Positions 18,209 to 31,076 of a DNA stretch of 64,000 nt are shown here, piece by piece. The notes under the pieces are model-generated. The model worked only from the letters and a program-made list of their open reading frames with translations. It did no database searches and was not told the origin of the DNA. Source of the DNA: Spirochaetota bacterium (GTDB lineage: Bacteria > Spirochaetota > UBA4802 > UBA5550); contig JBNKTL010000027.1 of the NCBI GenBank assembly GCA_050298055.1, positions 1,487 to 65,486 of the forward strand, read 5' to 3'. The translations under genes and the position numbers were made by a program. Numbering within the stretch: position 1 is the first letter of the stretch; each line of letters begins with the position of its first letter.

Positions 18209-20086
18209 CTACCTCTCAAGTAACCTTCGGACGGTCTTATAAAAACTGTCATAGCTGAACGGCTTTGGCAGTATATCAATAAACTCACTTGTTGTTTTGT
18301 CATGAAAAAAAACATCATCCGTATAACCGCTGGTGATTATTGCCTTTGCCGAATTGTTTATTCTCCTGATCTCTTTTAATGCTTCATCCCCTCCCATTCC
18401 ACCCGGTATGGTCAAATCAAGTATGACCAGGTCGAAAGGCATCCCTGAGTCTTCCGCTTCTTTGAAAGCTGTCACGGCTGATTCTCCACAATCGGTTATT
18501 ACCGCTGAGAGGCCCATTTTATCCAGCATATGTTTTACCAGTATCCTTATGCTTTCTTCGTCATCCATAAAAAGAACATGACCTTCAAGATCAGTGTCAT
18601 ATCCGGTTTTACTCTTCTCTTTGCATTCTTTTTCCCGGGAAGCGGGAAGGTGTATGGTAAAGGTTGTTCCCACACCCACCTTCGAATCAACCAGCAGTTT
18701 ACCGCAATGGTCTTTTATAATAGACCAGCAGATGGATAAGCCCAGGCCGCTGCCGCTTTTCTTTGTGGAAAAATAAGGGTCAAAGATTTTCATTAATATC
18801 TTTTTAGGGATGCCCATGCCATGATCGCGGATAACGATTGAAATATAATCACCGCTTTTATCCCTGTCCGCGGGATTTGTTAACCGTATATTTGCCGCTT
18901 CAATGTCAATGTTCCCTCCTCCCGGCATTGCTTCCTTTGCGTTGAGTATGATATTCTGAATGACCTGGCTGATCTGGTTTTTATCGATGTGGGCATCCCA
19001 CAGATTATCCGGAAAGGTAAAGTTGACATGGATGTTTGATCCCCGAAGAACAAACTCCGCCGTTTCGGTAATGATTGTTTCAATTGAAGTTAATTTCCTG
19101 ATTGGCGTTCCCCCTTTTGCAAAGGTGAGTAATTGTGTGGAGAGGCTTTTTGCCCGTTGTGACGCTTTTTCAATTTCATGGATAAAGGTTTTCAGTTCAC
19201 CGGGAATTACGTCATGACTGTTTAAAAGGGAGGCATTTCCTAAAATTCCCGTAAGGATATTGTTGAAATCGTGTGCGATCCCCCCTGCCATTATCCCCAG
19301 GGATTCGATTTTCCGGGCATTTTCAATTTCTCTGGACTGGTCGATAAAGCGTCTCATTATCCCCAGCATTGCCAGAAGGATAAAAATTGCCATTCCAAAT
19401 CCGAAATATGAGAATATTCTCAATGTATAAAGTCCCCGCTGTATTTCCTGACTGGCAATCAGAAGATCTGTAATTCCCGAACCAACAGCTACAAGGGAAC
19501 CGATGAGTGTAAAAACAATCTCCTTCTTATGTTTATTTTGTATAAAATCAATAATCATCATAGCGATGCTGTAGAGTGCAACGATCATTATACAGATTTC
19601 TCTTAAACGGTAGACCGGTCCCGGAGTCCCTCTCCCTCTGTTCCAGGGAGTCATGACTGTTTCAGGGGTCTTGTATAAACCGAGAAAAAGTTCCGGCTTG
19701 ATAAAGGCTGTCAGGGCAATGATTATAAAAACCACTAAGCCGGAACGATACATTAACTTGAGTGATTTTTGAAGAGCAGGTGAAAGATCGAGTAAGTAAA
19801 ACATAAAATAGGGGAGAGCAAAGATATAAAAGGCCGCAGAGATGGCCTCAATTCTGTGGGTCTGCATACCCGGAGAAGCAAAGCCTGTGATACTGAAAGA
19901 GATAACCCCGATTTCCGTAATGATATAGATAAACCCCGCGCACCCGAGAATCGCGATACTGAAATAGAGTTTTCTTCGTTCAAATCTGTATATATAGATA
20001 TAGAGTACAGTCCCGATGAGGAGTATACCCGAAGAGATTCCCATCAGTATGATTGGCAGAAGGATAATATGTGTATCGGGAACCAT
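18209..20086 (-). CDS. Membrane hybrid histidine kinase (multi-TM, HisKA, HATPase, REC)
   Basis: AGGIAHDFNNIL, NIILNAKEAM, DHGMGI, FDPYFSTK, GSGLGL; REC with MDDE, DLVILD, PKP. Confidence 0.95.
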   Translation of the reverse strand: MVPDTHIILLPIILMGISSGILLIGTVLYIYIYRFERRKLYFSIAILGCAGFIYIITEIGVISFSITGFASPGMQTHRIEAISAAFYIFALPYFMFYLLDLSPALQKSLKLMYRSGLVVFIIIALTAFIKPELFLGLYKTPETVMTPWNRGRGTPGPVYRLREICIMIVALYSIAMMIIDFIQNKHKKEIVFTLIGSLVAVGSGITDLLIASQEIQRGLYTLRIFSYFGFGMAIFILLAMLGIMRRFIDQSREIENARKIESLGIMAGGIAHDFNNILTGILGNASLLNSHDVIPGELKTFIHEIEKASQRAKSLSTQLLTFAKGGTPIRKLTSIETIITETAEFVLRGSNIHVNFTFPDNLWDAHIDKNQISQVIQNIILNAKEAMPGGGNIDIEAANIRLTNPADRDKSGDYISIVIRDHGMGIPKKILMKIFDPYFSTKKSGSGLGLSICWSIIKDHCGKLLVDSKVGVGTTFTIHLPASREKECKEKSKTGYDTDLEGHVLFMDDEESIRILVKHMLDKMGLSAVITDCGESAVTAFKEAEDSGMPFDLVILDLTIPGGMGGDEALKEIRRINNSAKAIITSGYTDDVFFHDKTTSEFIDILPKPFSYDSFYKTVRRLLER

Positions 20087-20511
20087 TTTAATGACTTTTT
20101 TTATTTTTTGAGAGTATTATAATATAAAATATATTATTTTCAACAATTAAATATGAAGATGACTTCAAAGAATAGAGTTAAGGAATTATTGCCGGACTTT
20201 TTATTAATCTCGTTGATGTGATGCAGGAATAATTGTATTTGTTAAATTGCATCACTTTCAGGAGGCCACACTCTTCATTAAAAAGAACGGGTACGGTGAT
20301 TTTTTGAAAATTGCAGATACCTGGAAAAACCCGTATGGCAGGTATACTTAAGAATCACTGCAGGGCCTTTGCCACTTCCGGAAAATACGCATAAATCTCC
20401 GGTTGTTTTCAATTATTATCCTTGTATTTAATGAAAAATTAAACTAAAATATACCGGTCGAGTACAGGGATAATTTCATGGTAGTGCAGTTTCATATAAT
20501 AATGAGTAATT

Positions 20512-23500
20512 ATGAAAGCAGATGACAATATACCCGGTAAAATTTTTGAGACACTGAACAAAATATTAAACTTACCCACTGAGAAAAAAATTGCCCGGTT
20601 CACTGCACAGTTTCTCTTTTCTCTTCCCGGTATAAGCGCCTGCCGTGTGTGCCTGGGAAATAATTTTTCGCAAAAGGGTAAAATTGACCCGGGTCCCTGT
20701 AAGGAGTGCACTCTTTCCCGGCAAAGTGATAAAGAGATTTCCCCCCTGCCGGAAGATTTACAGTGCGGACTGGACAGACTTCCCGGATCATATATTCTCC
20801 CCGTTGAAACAGTTGATTACCGTTTCGGATATTTTATTTTTTCCCTGGACCGGGATGATCTGTTTGAAGAGTACAAACCTTTCATCCAAAACCTGGGTAA
20901 TTATATTGCCCTCAATCTGGAAACCCGCCTGCAGAAAATATTCCTGAAAAAAGGGAATGATGCCCTTGAGGAAGAGGAGAAGCGTTACAGGACATTACTC
21001 TCCTCGGTAACAGACTATATCTATTCAGTAGAGGTCAGGGATGGCCGGCCGGTCTCCACAATCCATAGTCCAAACTGCATGGCAGTTACCGGATATACGC
21101 CCGAAGAGTATAAGGCTGATCCCGACCTCTGGTACAGGATGGTTCATGAAGAGGACCGGACGGATGTGGAAGAACAGGCTGCCCATATCCTTGCGGGAAA
21201 AGAGGCAAAGCCCCTGGAACACCGGATAATTCACCGTAACGGATCCCTGCGCTGGGTGAGGAATACGGCTGTTCCCCGCTGTGACCGCCAGGGGCACTAT
21301 ATGGGATACGACGGTTTGATCCAGGACATAACTGACCGGAAGAAGGCGGAGGAGGCGCTGAAAACGGAACGAACCCTCCTTGACCGCATTACCGAGACAA
21401 GCCCGGTAAGCATAACAATGGTAAGCCGTGAAGGAGAGATCGTTTTTGCCAACCGTCAGGCGGAGGAACTGCTGGGACTGACGAAAAGCGAAATAATGCA
21501 GAGAACATATAATGCCCCCGATTGGAAGATCACGGATCTGAAGGGGGGGCCATATCCCGATGAAAAACTCCCATTCAGGCTGGTTATGGAGGGAAGGACG
21601 CAGGTATCTGATATCCGTCATGCCATTGAATGGCCCGACGGACGGAGCGTATATCTTTCCATCAATGGCGCTCCTCTCTTTGATGAGAACAGTGAAATTG
21701 AAAGTGTGGTCTTTACAATAGAAGACATTACTCAGCGGGTAAAAAATGAGGAAATATTAAGGGAAAATCAGGAACTTCTGCTGGAAGCCCAGCATATTGC
21801 TCATATAGGAAACTGGTGGCATGACCTGGCAACCGGGGAAATGTTCTGGTCCCATGAGTTTTTCCGGATTCTGGGAAGAGAACCTCAAAAGCCTACGCCG
21901 GAGTTGGCTTTCAAGGTAATCTACCCCGATGATCTACATATTGTTGAAAAAGCCATGGAGGAATCCGCCGCGGGCAAGAGGGAGAATGAACATGACTTTC
22001 GGATTGTAAGACCGGACGGTGAAATACGCTGGATCCACAACCACTGGGTCACCCTATATGATGAAAACGGCAATGATATAAAGCATATCGGGACTCACCA
22101 GGATATCACCGAACAGATAAGATCCGAGCAGGAACGGCTGAATTACCTTCACTTTCTGGAAAGCATGAGCAGTACCAGCCGGGCAATCCATGGTTCCGAT
22201 GAACTTGAAAAGATGATGACGGATGTTCTTGACGTAATGCTGTCCACTTTTGACTGTGACCGGGCGTGGCTTGTTTATCCCTGTGATCCCGGTGCTCCAA
22301 CATGGACTGTTCCCATGGAGCGGACCAAGCCTGAGTATCCCGGTGTTAAGGTCCTGGGGGAAGAGGTTCCCATGGATGCTGTTGTCGGTGAGACGCATAA
22401 AAGAGCACTGGCTTCTGACGGACCTGTGAAATTCGGGCCCGGAACAGAACATCAGGTCCCGGAGGGTATTGCTGAACAGTTTGATGTTAAATCATACATT
22501 ATGATTGCTCTTCATCCGAAGGTGGGAAAGCCATGGCTGTTTGGAATGCACCAGTGCTCCTATCCCCGGCGCTGGACGGCAGAGGAGGAGAAACTTTTTC
22601 ATGAAATCAGCAGACGGCTTGAAGACGCCCTGACCACTCTCCTGTCATACCGTCATTTGCATGAGAGTGAAGAACGGTACCGGCTGGTTTTCGAGAATTC
22701 GCCGGTCTCAATATGGGAGGAGGATTTTTCCGGTGTGAAGACCCTCCTTGACGGCCTGAGAGAGGAAGGAGTTGATAACATCGAAAGCTACTTCGTTGAG
22801 CATCCCGAATTTGTCCGGCAATGCGCTGAGCTGGTTAAGGTCCTCGATGTGAACCATGCCTCCCTTACACTGCATGTAGCAGTGAATAAAGAGGAACTGT
22901 TGAAAGGACTGGTCAATACCTTTACACCGGAGTCTTTCGGGACTTTTCGGCAGGAGCTGGTCTGCCTCTGGAACGGGGGAACTGAAATGAGAAGCGATGC
23001 GGTTCTTAAGACATTAGCGGGAGATCTGCGGACGGTAACGGTCTATTTTTCCGTGTGTCCCGGTTTTGAGGAGACCCTTTCCCGGGTAATTGTCTCCCTT
23101 GTTGATATTACCGAACGTAAACATGCGGAAGAGGCTTTGCAAAAAAGTGAGTCCCTGTTAAGCGCGTCCCAGCATCTTGCCAGAGTGGGGGGGTGGGAAT
23201 ATGACGTCAAATCGGGTACCTTCTTCTGGACCGGGGAACTCTACCGTATCCATGAAATACCCGAAGATCCTTCAATAGACCACATGCGGGAGAGCATCAA
23301 TTGTTATGATCCCAAAGACCGGCCGGTCATTGAGAAGGCTTTTCAAAAGGCGTATAAACAGGGAAAATCCTATGACCTTGAATTTCCTTTCACCACATAT
23401 AAAGGAAACCACCTCTGGATCCGTACTACCGCGCAGCCCGTTTACGAAGAAGGGAAGGTGACGCGGGTGGTGGGGAACCTTATGGATATTACCGAAAGAA

Positions 23501-26391
23501 AGGTGACCGAGAGGGAATTGCAGAAGAGCAATGACCTACTGCGTGCCATTATCGAGGCCGCGCCGGTGGCCATCATTGGTCTTGACCTGGAAGGGAAGGT
23601 GCGTTCCGTATGGAACCCGGCTGCGGAGAAGATGCTTGGCTGGAGCGCCGGGGAGGCCATGGGGAATTATCTTCCAACGGTACCTGTGGAAAAAAAGGAG
23701 GAGTTCCGGAAATTCCGTGAATGGATCAAAAGCGGTCAAACCCTGGACGGTATTGAGGCCCGGCGTCAAAAAAAGAACGGTGAACCTGTTGATTACAGTA
23801 TCTATGCGTCACCTCTCTATAACCAGGAGGGTCATATAACGGGAAACATAGCTGTGCTTGTGGACATAACCGATCGAAAACGGAAAGATGAGGCATTGAG
23901 AAATACATCAATACGCCTTACAGAGGCACAAAGGATTGCCCGTATCGGGAGCTGGGAAATGGATATCATAAACAATAAATTAAGCTGGACTGATGAAATC
24001 TATAAGATTTTTGAAATTGATCCTGAAAAATTCGGCGCGACCTATGAAGCTTTTCTGGATACCGTTCATCCCGATGACCGGGAAGCGGTCCATGCTGCAT
24101 ATACTGACTCTCTGAAAACAAAAAAACCGTACACCATCGATCATCGGCTTCTTTTTCCTGACGGGCGGGTCAAATATGTCCATGAACAGGGTGAAACCTA
24201 TTTTGAAAATGGTAAACCTGTCCGGTCAATGGGGACGGTGCAGGACGTCACCGAGCAAAAAATAATCGAAAAAGAGCGTCTGGACCATCTTCACTACCTG
24301 GAAAGCATGGGAAGGATCAACAGGGCGATCCAGGGGGCAGGTGATCTTGAGCAGATGATGAGAGATGTTCTTGATGAGATCCTTTCAATATTTGATTCTG
24401 ATCGAGCGTTTCTCATGTATCCCTGTGACCCGGAGTCGGATACATGGAGCGCTCCCATGGAGAGGAATAAACCGGAATATCCAGGTGTTCTGGAGCTGAA
24501 TCTCGAAATCCCCATGGACCGGGACGTTGCGGAAACACTGCGCATTCTCCTTGCCGCAGAGGGAGCGGTGCAATTTGGACCGGGAACTCCCCATCCGCTG
24601 CCGGAAGATGTATCGGAACAATTCGGGTTTAAGTGTTTTATGTCAATGGCAATCTATCCGAAAATCGGCAGCCCGTGGCAGTTCGGGATGCACCAGTGCT
24701 CTCACGCCCGTATATGGACCGGTGAAGAAGAACGTCTTTTTCAGGAGATTGGCCGGAGGCTTGAGGATGCTCTCACAAGCCTCCTCTCATTCCGAAATTT
24801 GCAGGAGAGCGAAGAGCGCTACCGCATGGTCTTCGAGAATTCGCCGGTTTCATTATGGGAAGAAGATTTTTCCGGAGTGAAGGCTGTTTTTGATCAACTG
24901 AAATCGGAAGGTGTCACCGATATCGGTACTTATTTTGACCGGCATCCTGAAGTTCTTCAAAAATGTGTCGGGGCCCTTAAAATTATTAATGTGAACCGCT
25001 CCACACTGGAATTAAACGATGCGGTTGATACGCAGGAGTTATTGTCCTTCCTTGCTGTTCCCACACAATCTGCGAAGGAACATCTCCGAAATATACTTGA
25101 AAATCTCTGGAAGGGAGCTACTAAAATTAGCGATGATTATGATTTCATATCCCTCAAAGGGAAACACCGGTATGTAACGTCATATGTATCCGTATGTCCC
25201 GGTTATGAAAAAACATATTCAAAAATACTGGCTTCTCTTGTTGACGTCACGGACCGAAAAGCAGTTGAAGAAAAGCTTCGGCAATCGGAACAGCGCCTGC
25301 GCCTGCATGTGGAACAATCTTCCCTGGGATTTCTTGAATGGGATGACCAATTCCGGGCGGCGGAATGGAATGCCGCATGCGAACGGATTTTCGGGTACAC
25401 CAGGAAAGAAGCGATCGGTAAACACGCGAAGGAACTGGTTCTGCCGGCGGAGGTACACGACCTGGTTGACGGGATCTTTAAAAGCCTGATGGAACAGACC
25501 GGCGGTCGGCACAGCATAAATGAGAACATCACAAAGGACGGCCGTATAATCATCTGCGAATGGTTCAATACGACTCTCACTGACAAGAACGGGAAGGGTA
25601 TTGCCGTTGCCTCCGTCTGCAGAGACATTACCGAACAGAAGAAAATGGAAGAGGAGCTTGCCCGGTACCGGGACCGCCTTGAAGAACTTGTAAGAGACCG
25701 GACGGTGGAACTGGAAACGGCGAACAGGGAACTGGAGGCCTTTGCCTATTCGGTCTCCCATGACCTCAGGGCGCCTCTGCGTCATATCGATGGTTTTATG
25801 GAATTACTCAAAACAAAGGTAGGCACAGATATTGATGAGAAAACAAATCACTACTTTTCCAATATTTCCAGTGCATCTCTTAAAATGGGAATGCTCATTG
25901 ACGACCTCCTTTCCTTCTCCCGGATGGGCCGTCAGGCAATGTCTTTCAAGATGGTCAATCTCGGAGATATTGTTCATGATGTTATACGGGAACAGAAAGA
26001 GGACGCTTCCGGCAGGGACCTCGTATGGAATATCGGTGAACTTCCCGTAGTGAGTTGTGATATTTCCATGATACGGATTGTTATGATAAACCTGGTCTCC
26101 AACGCCGTGAAGTTTACACAACCCCGCGATCAGGCAGTGGTTGAAATCGGGTCCTCTGAGCAGGAGAGTGAGGTTATTGTCTTTGTCCGTGATAACGGTG
26201 TCGGTTTTGAACCGGAATATTCCGATAAACTTTTTGCTGTTTTCCATCGTCTGCATCGCATTGAAGAATTCGAGGGGACCGGTGTGGGACTGGCAATTGC
26301 CCAGCGTATCATTAATCGCCACGGGGGGAGGATCTGGGCGGAAGGGGAGCCGGATAAGGGAGCGACATTTTACTTTTCGCTGCCGAAATAA
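20512..26391 (+). CDS. Cytoplasmic multi-PAS/GAF histidine kinase, 1959 aa
   Basis: About eight PAS/PAC units ending in D[IV]T.[RQ]K, two homologous GAF domains, [34 protein letters not shown]. Confidence 0.95.
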   Translation: MKADDNIPGKIFETLNKILNLPTEKKIARFTAQFLFSLPGISACRVCLGNNFSQKGKIDPGPCKECTLSRQSDKEISPLPEDLQCGLDRLPGSYILPVETVDYRFGYFIFSLDRDDLFEEYKPFIQNLGNYIALNLETRLQKIFLKKGNDALEEEEKRYRTLLSSVTDYIYSVEVRDGRPVSTIHSPNCMAVTGYTPEEYKADPDLWYRMVHEEDRTDVEEQAAHILAGKEAKPLEHRIIHRNGSLRWVRNTAVPRCDRQGHYMGYDGLIQDITDRKKAEEALKTERTLLDRITETSPVSITMVSREGEIVFANRQAEELLGLTKSEIMQRTYNAPDWKITDLKGGPYPDEKLPFRLVMEGRTQVSDIRHAIEWPDGRSVYLSINGAPLFDENSEIESVVFTIEDITQRVKNEEILRENQELLLEAQHIAHIGNWWHDLATGEMFWSHEFFRILGREPQKPTPELAFKVIYPDDLHIVEKAMEESAAGKRENEHDFRIVRPDGEIRWIHNHWVTLYDENGNDIKHIGTHQDITEQIRSEQERLNYLHFLESMSSTSRAIHGSDELEKMMTDVLDVMLSTFDCDRAWLVYPCDPGAPTWTVPMERTKPEYPGVKVLGEEVPMDAVVGETHKRALASDGPVKFGPGTEHQVPEGIAEQFDVKSYIMIALHPKVGKPWLFGMHQCSYPRRWTAEEEKLFHEISRRLEDALTTLLSYRHLHESEERYRLVFENSPVSIWEEDFSGVKTLLDGLREEGVDNIESYFVEHPEFVRQCAELVKVLDVNHASLTLHVAVNKEELLKGLVNTFTPESFGTFRQELVCLWNGGTEMRSDAVLKTLAGDLRTVTVYFSVCPGFEETLSRVIVSLVDITERKHAEEALQKSESLLSASQHLARVGGWEYDVKSGTFFWTGELYRIHEIPEDPSIDHMRESINCYDPKDRPVIEKAFQKAYKQGKSYDLEFPFTTYKGNHLWIRTTAQPVYEEGKVTRVVGNLMDITERKVTERELQKSNDLLRAIIEAAPVAIIGLDLEGKVRSVWNPAAEKMLGWSAGEAMGNYLPTVPVEKKEEFRKFREWIKSGQTLDGIEARRQKKNGEPVDYSIYASPLYNQEGHITGNIAVLVDITDRKRKDEALRNTSIRLTEAQRIARIGSWEMDIINNKLSWTDEIYKIFEIDPEKFGATYEAFLDTVHPDDREAVHAAYTDSLKTKKPYTIDHRLLFPDGRVKYVHEQGETYFENGKPVRSMGTVQDVTEQKIIEKERLDHLHYLESMGRINRAIQGAGDLEQMMRDVLDEILSIFDSDRAFLMYPCDPESDTWSAPMERNKPEYPGVLELNLEIPMDRDVAETLRILLAAEGAVQFGPGTPHPLPEDVSEQFGFKCFMSMAIYPKIGSPWQFGMHQCSHARIWTGEEERLFQEIGRRLEDALTSLLSFRNLQESEERYRMVFENSPVSLWEEDFSGVKAVFDQLKSEGVTDIGTYFDRHPEVLQKCVGALKIINVNRSTLELNDAVDTQELLSFLAVPTQSAKEHLRNILENLWKGATKISDDYDFISLKGKHRYVTSYVSVCPGYEKTYSKILASLVDVTDRKAVEEKLRQSEQRLRLHVEQSSLGFLEWDDQFRAAEWNAACERIFGYTRKEAIGKHAKELVLPAEVHDLVDGIFKSLMEQTGGRHSINENITKDGRIIICEWFNTTLTDKNGKGIAVASVCRDITEQKKMEEELARYRDRLEELVRDRTVELETANRELEAFAYSVSHDLRAPLRHIDGFMELLKTKVGTDIDEKTNHYFSNISSASLKMGMLIDDLLSFSRMGRQAMSFKMVNLGDIVHDVIREQKEDASGRDLVWNIGELPVVSCDISMIRIVMINLVSNAVKFTQPRDQAVVEIGSSEQESEVIVFVRDNGVGFEPEYSDKLFAVFHRLHRIEEFEGTGVGLAIAQRIINRHGGRIWAEGEPDKGATFYFSLPK

Positions 26392-26503
26392 ACCCGGGAG
26401 GTATAGCTTTGACCGGAAAAATTTTTTTCTGAATGTGAAATCCATAAGGACGGTTGGCGGTTTCGGTTTTTAATGTGATATAAAAAATTAACAGTGGGGA
26501 ACA

Positions 26504-29335
26504 GTGACAGATAAGGAGAGTAAAAAGGAGAGAGGACCTGTAACAGAACGGAATGTGAGTTTTCAACGCATTCTCTGGATTGCGGTAGGCGGTCTTCTTA
26601 CGGGCCTGGTGATATTTATTATCCTTTTGTTTGTTATCAGCCGGTATAACGAATTCAAAGACCGGGCTGCCGCCATGCGGGTTGACTTTGTGGAACAGCA
26701 AAAACAGATGATCAAGCGGGAAGTGGACCGCATTATCCAGCGTATCGAGTTCAAGCGCAGTCAAATCGTTCCAAAAGCCGGTATCCTGGTAAAAGAGCAG
26801 GTCAGGGAAGCGCACGCTGTGCTTGAGAATATCCGGCAAAAAAATGCCGGAACAAAATCAGCCGGAGAGATCAGGCAGATAATCATTGATCTCCTTGGTC
26901 AAATGCGTGTTTATAAGGGGAAGGGCGGTTTCTTTATCCTTGACCTCCGGGGGAACATCGTTTCCGGCAATGCTGAACCCGGTTTTAAAGGAAGCCTCCC
27001 GTTCCTCCATGACGGGGAAAGTTATCCGGTAATTTCCGGTATGATGGAACTGGTCCGGAAAAAGGGCGAAGGGAGCTATCGTTACTCCCCGGGCAGGCCC
27101 GGCAGGAAAAGGGGAGGTCTTCTTATTATCTCGTACCTTAAACTGTTCAAACCCTACGGATGGGTCCTCGGTGCGGCCATCTCAGCCGGGGACCTGGTAG
27201 CTGAAACCCAGAAGGAATTGCTGAATGATATCGCCAGGGTCCGATACGGTAAGAACGGGTATATCTTCATTGACAACTGGAAAGGGGTGGTCCTTGAGCA
27301 CGGCACACAGCCGGAACTGGTGGGCAAGAACATATGGGACCACCAGGATTCCAATGGGGTAAAAGTGGTTCAGAACCTGATTGCGGCAGCAAAAACAGAG
27401 AAGGGTGACTATGTTTACTATTCCTGGCGCAAGCCCGATACAGGGGAAGAGCGTTCCAAGGTATCGTTTTCCCGGGGCGTGAGCGACTGGCAATGGATGG
27501 TGGGTACCGGAGTCTATATTGATGACGTTGAAGCGGATATCGCGATTCTCCAGCGATCCCTCAACGCCGGTTTACGCAAAGACATCCTCCTGGTCCTGCT
27601 GGTGTCCGGAATAGTGGGTATGGTGCTCCTGGTATCCGTACGGCGTGTTTTCCGCCGCCTGTTACGGGACTTTTCCAGGTTTGACGATTTTTTTCATGAG
27701 GCCGCATTTGCCGACCGTGAAATTGAGGTGGCCGGCCTTGCATTCAGCGAATTACGCGGTATGGCCCTGAACGCCAACAAGATGCTCCGGGATAAGGTGG
27801 CTGCCCGGGAACGGCTGCGAAAACACCGCGACCACCTGGAAGAGGAAGTGGCCCAGCGGACCCATGACCTGGAAGAAAAAAACCGTCATTTGGAGCAGGC
27901 AAAGGAGGCCGCGGAAACCGCCAACAGGGCGAAAAGCGCGTTCCTCGCGAACATGAGCCATGAGCTTCGCACACCAATGAACATCATATTAGGCTATTCT
28001 CAATTGATGCAGAGGGACGCGGCGCTTCGAGCTGAACAACGGGAAAACCTGGATGCAATTAATCGGAGCGGAGAGCATCTTCTGGCATTAATAAATGATG
28101 TTCTTGAGATATCCAGGATCGAGACGGGAAAGATCAATCTCAGAATAAGTACCTTCGATCTGCAGGGGCTTCTGCGGGAGGTAACAGAGCTCTTTGACAG
28201 CAGCGCGGAAAAAAAGGGTCTGCAGTTTGAAATCACCGGTATCGATAAAGTCCCCCGTTATGCAACAGCTGATGAAAACTATCTTCGCAGGATACTGATC
28301 AATCTCCTGGGTAATGCTATTAAATATACCGAAAAGGGCGGCATAATAATACGGGCAGCGGGGGAAGGCCGGGCTCCCGGACCCATGCGTCTTTGCGTTG
28401 AGGTCTCTGATACGGGTTCCGGCATCGCCGGAGATGAAATGGTGAAAGTCTTTAAATATTTTGAGCAAACCGATTCAGGAAGAAAAGCCAAAAGCGGCGC
28501 GGGTCTGGGGCTGGCAATCAGCCGGGATTATGCCCGTATGATGGGAGGCGATATTACGGTTAGCAGTGAACCCGGTAAAGGCAGTACCTTTCGCCTGGAG
28601 ATTGATATCAAAGAAGGAAATAAATCTGACATTAAGGAAAAAATCAAGCCTCCCCGTGTGGTTGGTTTGGAGGAGGGGCAAAAGCCCCCGCGTATTCTTG
28701 TTGCCGAAGATAGAGAGGAGAGCCGCACATTGCTGGTGAAACTTCTTCGAACCGCGGGGTTTAATGTCCGGGAGGCGGTCAATGGAAAGCAGACGGTGGA
28801 GGTATTCGAAACGTGGCATCCTGATTTTATCTGGATGGATATTCGCATGCCGGTAATGGACGGTATGGAAGCTACAAGGCATATTAAAGCAATTGACACA
28901 GGCAAATCAACAATTATATCTGCATTAACTGCCCATGCCCTGGAAGAGGAAAGAGAAGGCATCCTTGCGGCGGGCTGCGATGATTTTGTGCGCAAGCCTT
29001 TTCGCGAAGAGGAGATCTTTGAAGTCATGGCAAAACACCTCGGCCTGAAATATGTATATGAAGACCGGCGTGAAGAAGGTGTGTCAACGAAACCTGGCCT
29101 TAACATTGACCCGGAACAGCTGGGGGCCCTCCCGGAGGATTTGCGCAGTGAATTGTATAAAGCCTTGGTAGAATTGGACAGGAAGCGGACCCTGGAGCTG
29201 ATCGGGGAGATCAAAACCATGGATACGCATATTGCAGAGGAATTGGAGCTTTTTGTCAGGAACCTGGCGTTTGGACCGTTACTGGACCTGCTGGAAAAAA
29301 GCAAACAGCCCGGAGAAGAAGACAGCCATGACTGA
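26504..29335 (+). CDS. Cache-domain hybrid histidine kinase
   Basis: Two TM helices flank tandem Cache domains (GYIFI..., [12 protein letters not shown]); [37 protein letters not shown]. Confidence 0.95.
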   Translation: MTDKESKKERGPVTERNVSFQRILWIAVGGLLTGLVIFIILLFVISRYNEFKDRAAAMRVDFVEQQKQMIKREVDRIIQRIEFKRSQIVPKAGILVKEQVREAHAVLENIRQKNAGTKSAGEIRQIIIDLLGQMRVYKGKGGFFILDLRGNIVSGNAEPGFKGSLPFLHDGESYPVISGMMELVRKKGEGSYRYSPGRPGRKRGGLLIISYLKLFKPYGWVLGAAISAGDLVAETQKELLNDIARVRYGKNGYIFIDNWKGVVLEHGTQPELVGKNIWDHQDSNGVKVVQNLIAAAKTEKGDYVYYSWRKPDTGEERSKVSFSRGVSDWQWMVGTGVYIDDVEADIAILQRSLNAGLRKDILLVLLVSGIVGMVLLVSVRRVFRRLLRDFSRFDDFFHEAAFADREIEVAGLAFSELRGMALNANKMLRDKVAARERLRKHRDHLEEEVAQRTHDLEEKNRHLEQAKEAAETANRAKSAFLANMSHELRTPMNIILGYSQLMQRDAALRAEQRENLDAINRSGEHLLALINDVLEISRIETGKINLRISTFDLQGLLREVTELFDSSAEKKGLQFEITGIDKVPRYATADENYLRRILINLLGNAIKYTEKGGIIIRAAGEGRAPGPMRLCVEVSDTGSGIAGDEMVKVFKYFEQTDSGRKAKSGAGLGLAISRDYARMMGGDITVSSEPGKGSTFRLEIDIKEGNKSDIKEKIKPPRVVGLEEGQKPPRILVAEDREESRTLLVKLLRTAGFNVREAVNGKQTVEVFETWHPDFIWMDIRMPVMDGMEATRHIKAIDTGKSTIISALTAHALEEEREGILAAGCDDFVRKPFREEEIFEVMAKHLGLKYVYEDRREEGVSTKPGLNIDPEQLGALPEDLRSELYKALVELDRKRTLELIGEIKTMDTHIAEELELFVRNLAFGPLLDLLEKSKQPGEEDSHD

Positions 29336-31076
29336 TCATATGAATAAAAACAGAGATCAATATGAGATACTTATAGTGGATGACACACAGGACAGCCTGG
29401 AATTTTTAAACCGAATCCTCGAAGAGCAGGGCTACCGGGTGCGGTTGACCACAAACGGGCACCTCGCATTAAAATCCGTGGCTGCGAAACTGCCGGATTT
29501 GATCCTGCTGGACGTGAAGATGCCGGAGATGGACGGTTATGAAGTATGCCGCCGTCTCAAATCAAACGAACAAAGCCGAAATGTTCCGGTGGTCTTTATC
29601 AGCGCCCACGGCGAGACCGCAAAGAAAGTGGAAGGTTTTAAAGCCGGGGGAGTTGATTTTATTACCAAACCCTTTGAGCGGGAAGAGGTCCTCGTGCGGG
29701 TGGAAAGCCAGCTGCGCCTGCGGAAGCTGAACGAGAATCTTGAACACGAGGTGGACAAACGGACCGCGGAACTCACCCTGGCGAATCAACAGCTCCGGCA
29801 GCAAATCGCCCAGCGTGAACGGGCGGAGGAGGAACTGTCCCGGGAGGTAGAGGTCAACCTGGCCGCGGCTGAATTGTCGCGAAAACTCCTGTCACCGGCG
29901 TCCCTCCATGAGATATCTTACAGTGTACTGGAACACGCGAAAAATCTCACGGGCAGTGCGTATGGTTATGTGGGATATATAGATCCGGAAACAGGCTATC
30001 TTGTCTGCCCCACTCTTACCCGGGACATATGGGACACATGCCGGGTCCCGGATAAAGACATTGTATTCAAAGAATTTACCGGATTGTGGGGATGGGTCTT
30101 AAAAAACCGAAAGCCCTTATTGACCAATACACCCATTGATGATTCACGGTCATCGGGCACACCGCCGGGCCATGTACCTGTTCATCGCTTTCTTTCTTCA
30201 CCTGCCCTGAACGGTGAAAAACTTGTAGGCCAGGTATCGGTGGTCAACGCGGAACGCGATTACACCCACCGGGAACAGCAGGTGATTGAACGTCTGGCAA
30301 ACCTGTACGCAATAGCCATTCAGCGCATGCAGAATGAAGAAGAGCTTAAAAAACACCGCCACCAGCTTGAGAAGCTGGTGGCGGAGCGGACAGAGGAATT
30401 GGAGGCCTTTGCCTATTCGGTTTCCCATGACCTCCGGGCGCCATTGCGTCATATCAATGGTTTTGTTGATTTACTTGAAAATGAATCGGGAATGGAATTT
30501 ACTGATAAGGGCCGGCATTACATGGATTCAATCTCAAGCGTAACAAATAATATGGGAGAGTTGATCGACGACCTGCTTTCCTTTTCCCGAATGGGGCGCC
30601 AGGAAATGTCTTTTACCCGGACTGACCTTAATGAAGTTGTTCATGGCATCGTACGGGAGATTGAGTCAGGGTTATCCGGCAGAAATATCGTGTGGCGCAT
30701 TGATGAGCTTCCCGTTGTAAACTGTGATATTTCCATGATGAGGGTCCTCCTGATGAACCTGGTATCCAATGCTGTAAAATTTACCGGTCAGCAAAGTGAT
30801 GCGGAAATTGAAATCGGTTCCTCTGAGCAGGAGAGTGAAGTTATTATCTTTGTCCGTGATAACGGTGTTGGTTTTGACCCGGCCTATGCGGATAAATTAT
30901 TCGGGGTTTTCTCTCGGCTGCACCTTAACGATGAATTCGAAGGCACCGGTGTGGGCCTGGCAATTGTCAGGAGGATCATCTATCGCCATGGGGGAAGGGT
31001 ATGGGCAGAGGGGGAGCCTGATAAAGGTGCGAAATTTTCTTTTACCCTGCCGCTCGTCAATGAAGGAGGACGTTAA
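29328..31076 (+). CDS. REC-GAF histidine kinase
   Basis: N-terminal REC ([21 protein letters not shown]), [16 protein letters not shown], HATPase. ATG 29328 overlaps the upstream gene end. Confidence 0.93.
   Translation: MTDHMNKNRDQYEILIVDDTQDSLEFLNRILEEQGYRVRLTTNGHLALKSVAAKLPDLILLDVKMPEMDGYEVCRRLKSNEQSRNVPVVFISAHGETAKKVEGFKAGGVDFITKPFEREEVLVRVESQLRLRKLNENLEHEVDKRTAELTLANQQLRQQIAQRERAEEELSREVEVNLAAAELSRKLLSPASLHEISYSVLEHAKNLTGSAYGYVGYIDPETGYLVCPTLTRDIWDTCRVPDKDIVFKEFTGLWGWVLKNRKPLLTNTPIDDSRSSGTPPGHVPVHRFLSSPALNGEKLVGQVSVVNAERDYTHREQQVIERLANLYAIAIQRMQNEEELKKHRHQLEKLVAERTEELEAFAYSVSHDLRAPLRHINGFVDLLENESGMEFTDKGRHYMDSISSVTNNMGELIDDLLSFSRMGRQEMSFTRTDLNEVVHGIVREIESGLSGRNIVWRIDELPVVNCDISMMRVLLMNLVSNAVKFTGQQSDAEIEIGSSEQESEVIIFVRDNGVGFDPAYADKLFGVFSRLHLNDEFEGTGVGLAIVRRIIYRHGGRVWAEGEPDKGAKFSFTLPLVNEGGR

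Noticed and set aside
22130-24800. GAF domains as bilin-binding photoreceptors
   Set aside because: They have an HQC..R.W motif and a Cph1-like kinase/receiver pair, but lack the DIP/PASDIP and chromophore-binding CH motifs and a PHY domain.
25700-31076. Similar kinase C-termini as a diversity-generating retroelement TR/VR pair
   Set aside because: Both copies are in coding kinase domains, differences are not adenine-specific, and no reverse transcriptase is present; ordinary paralogy explains it.
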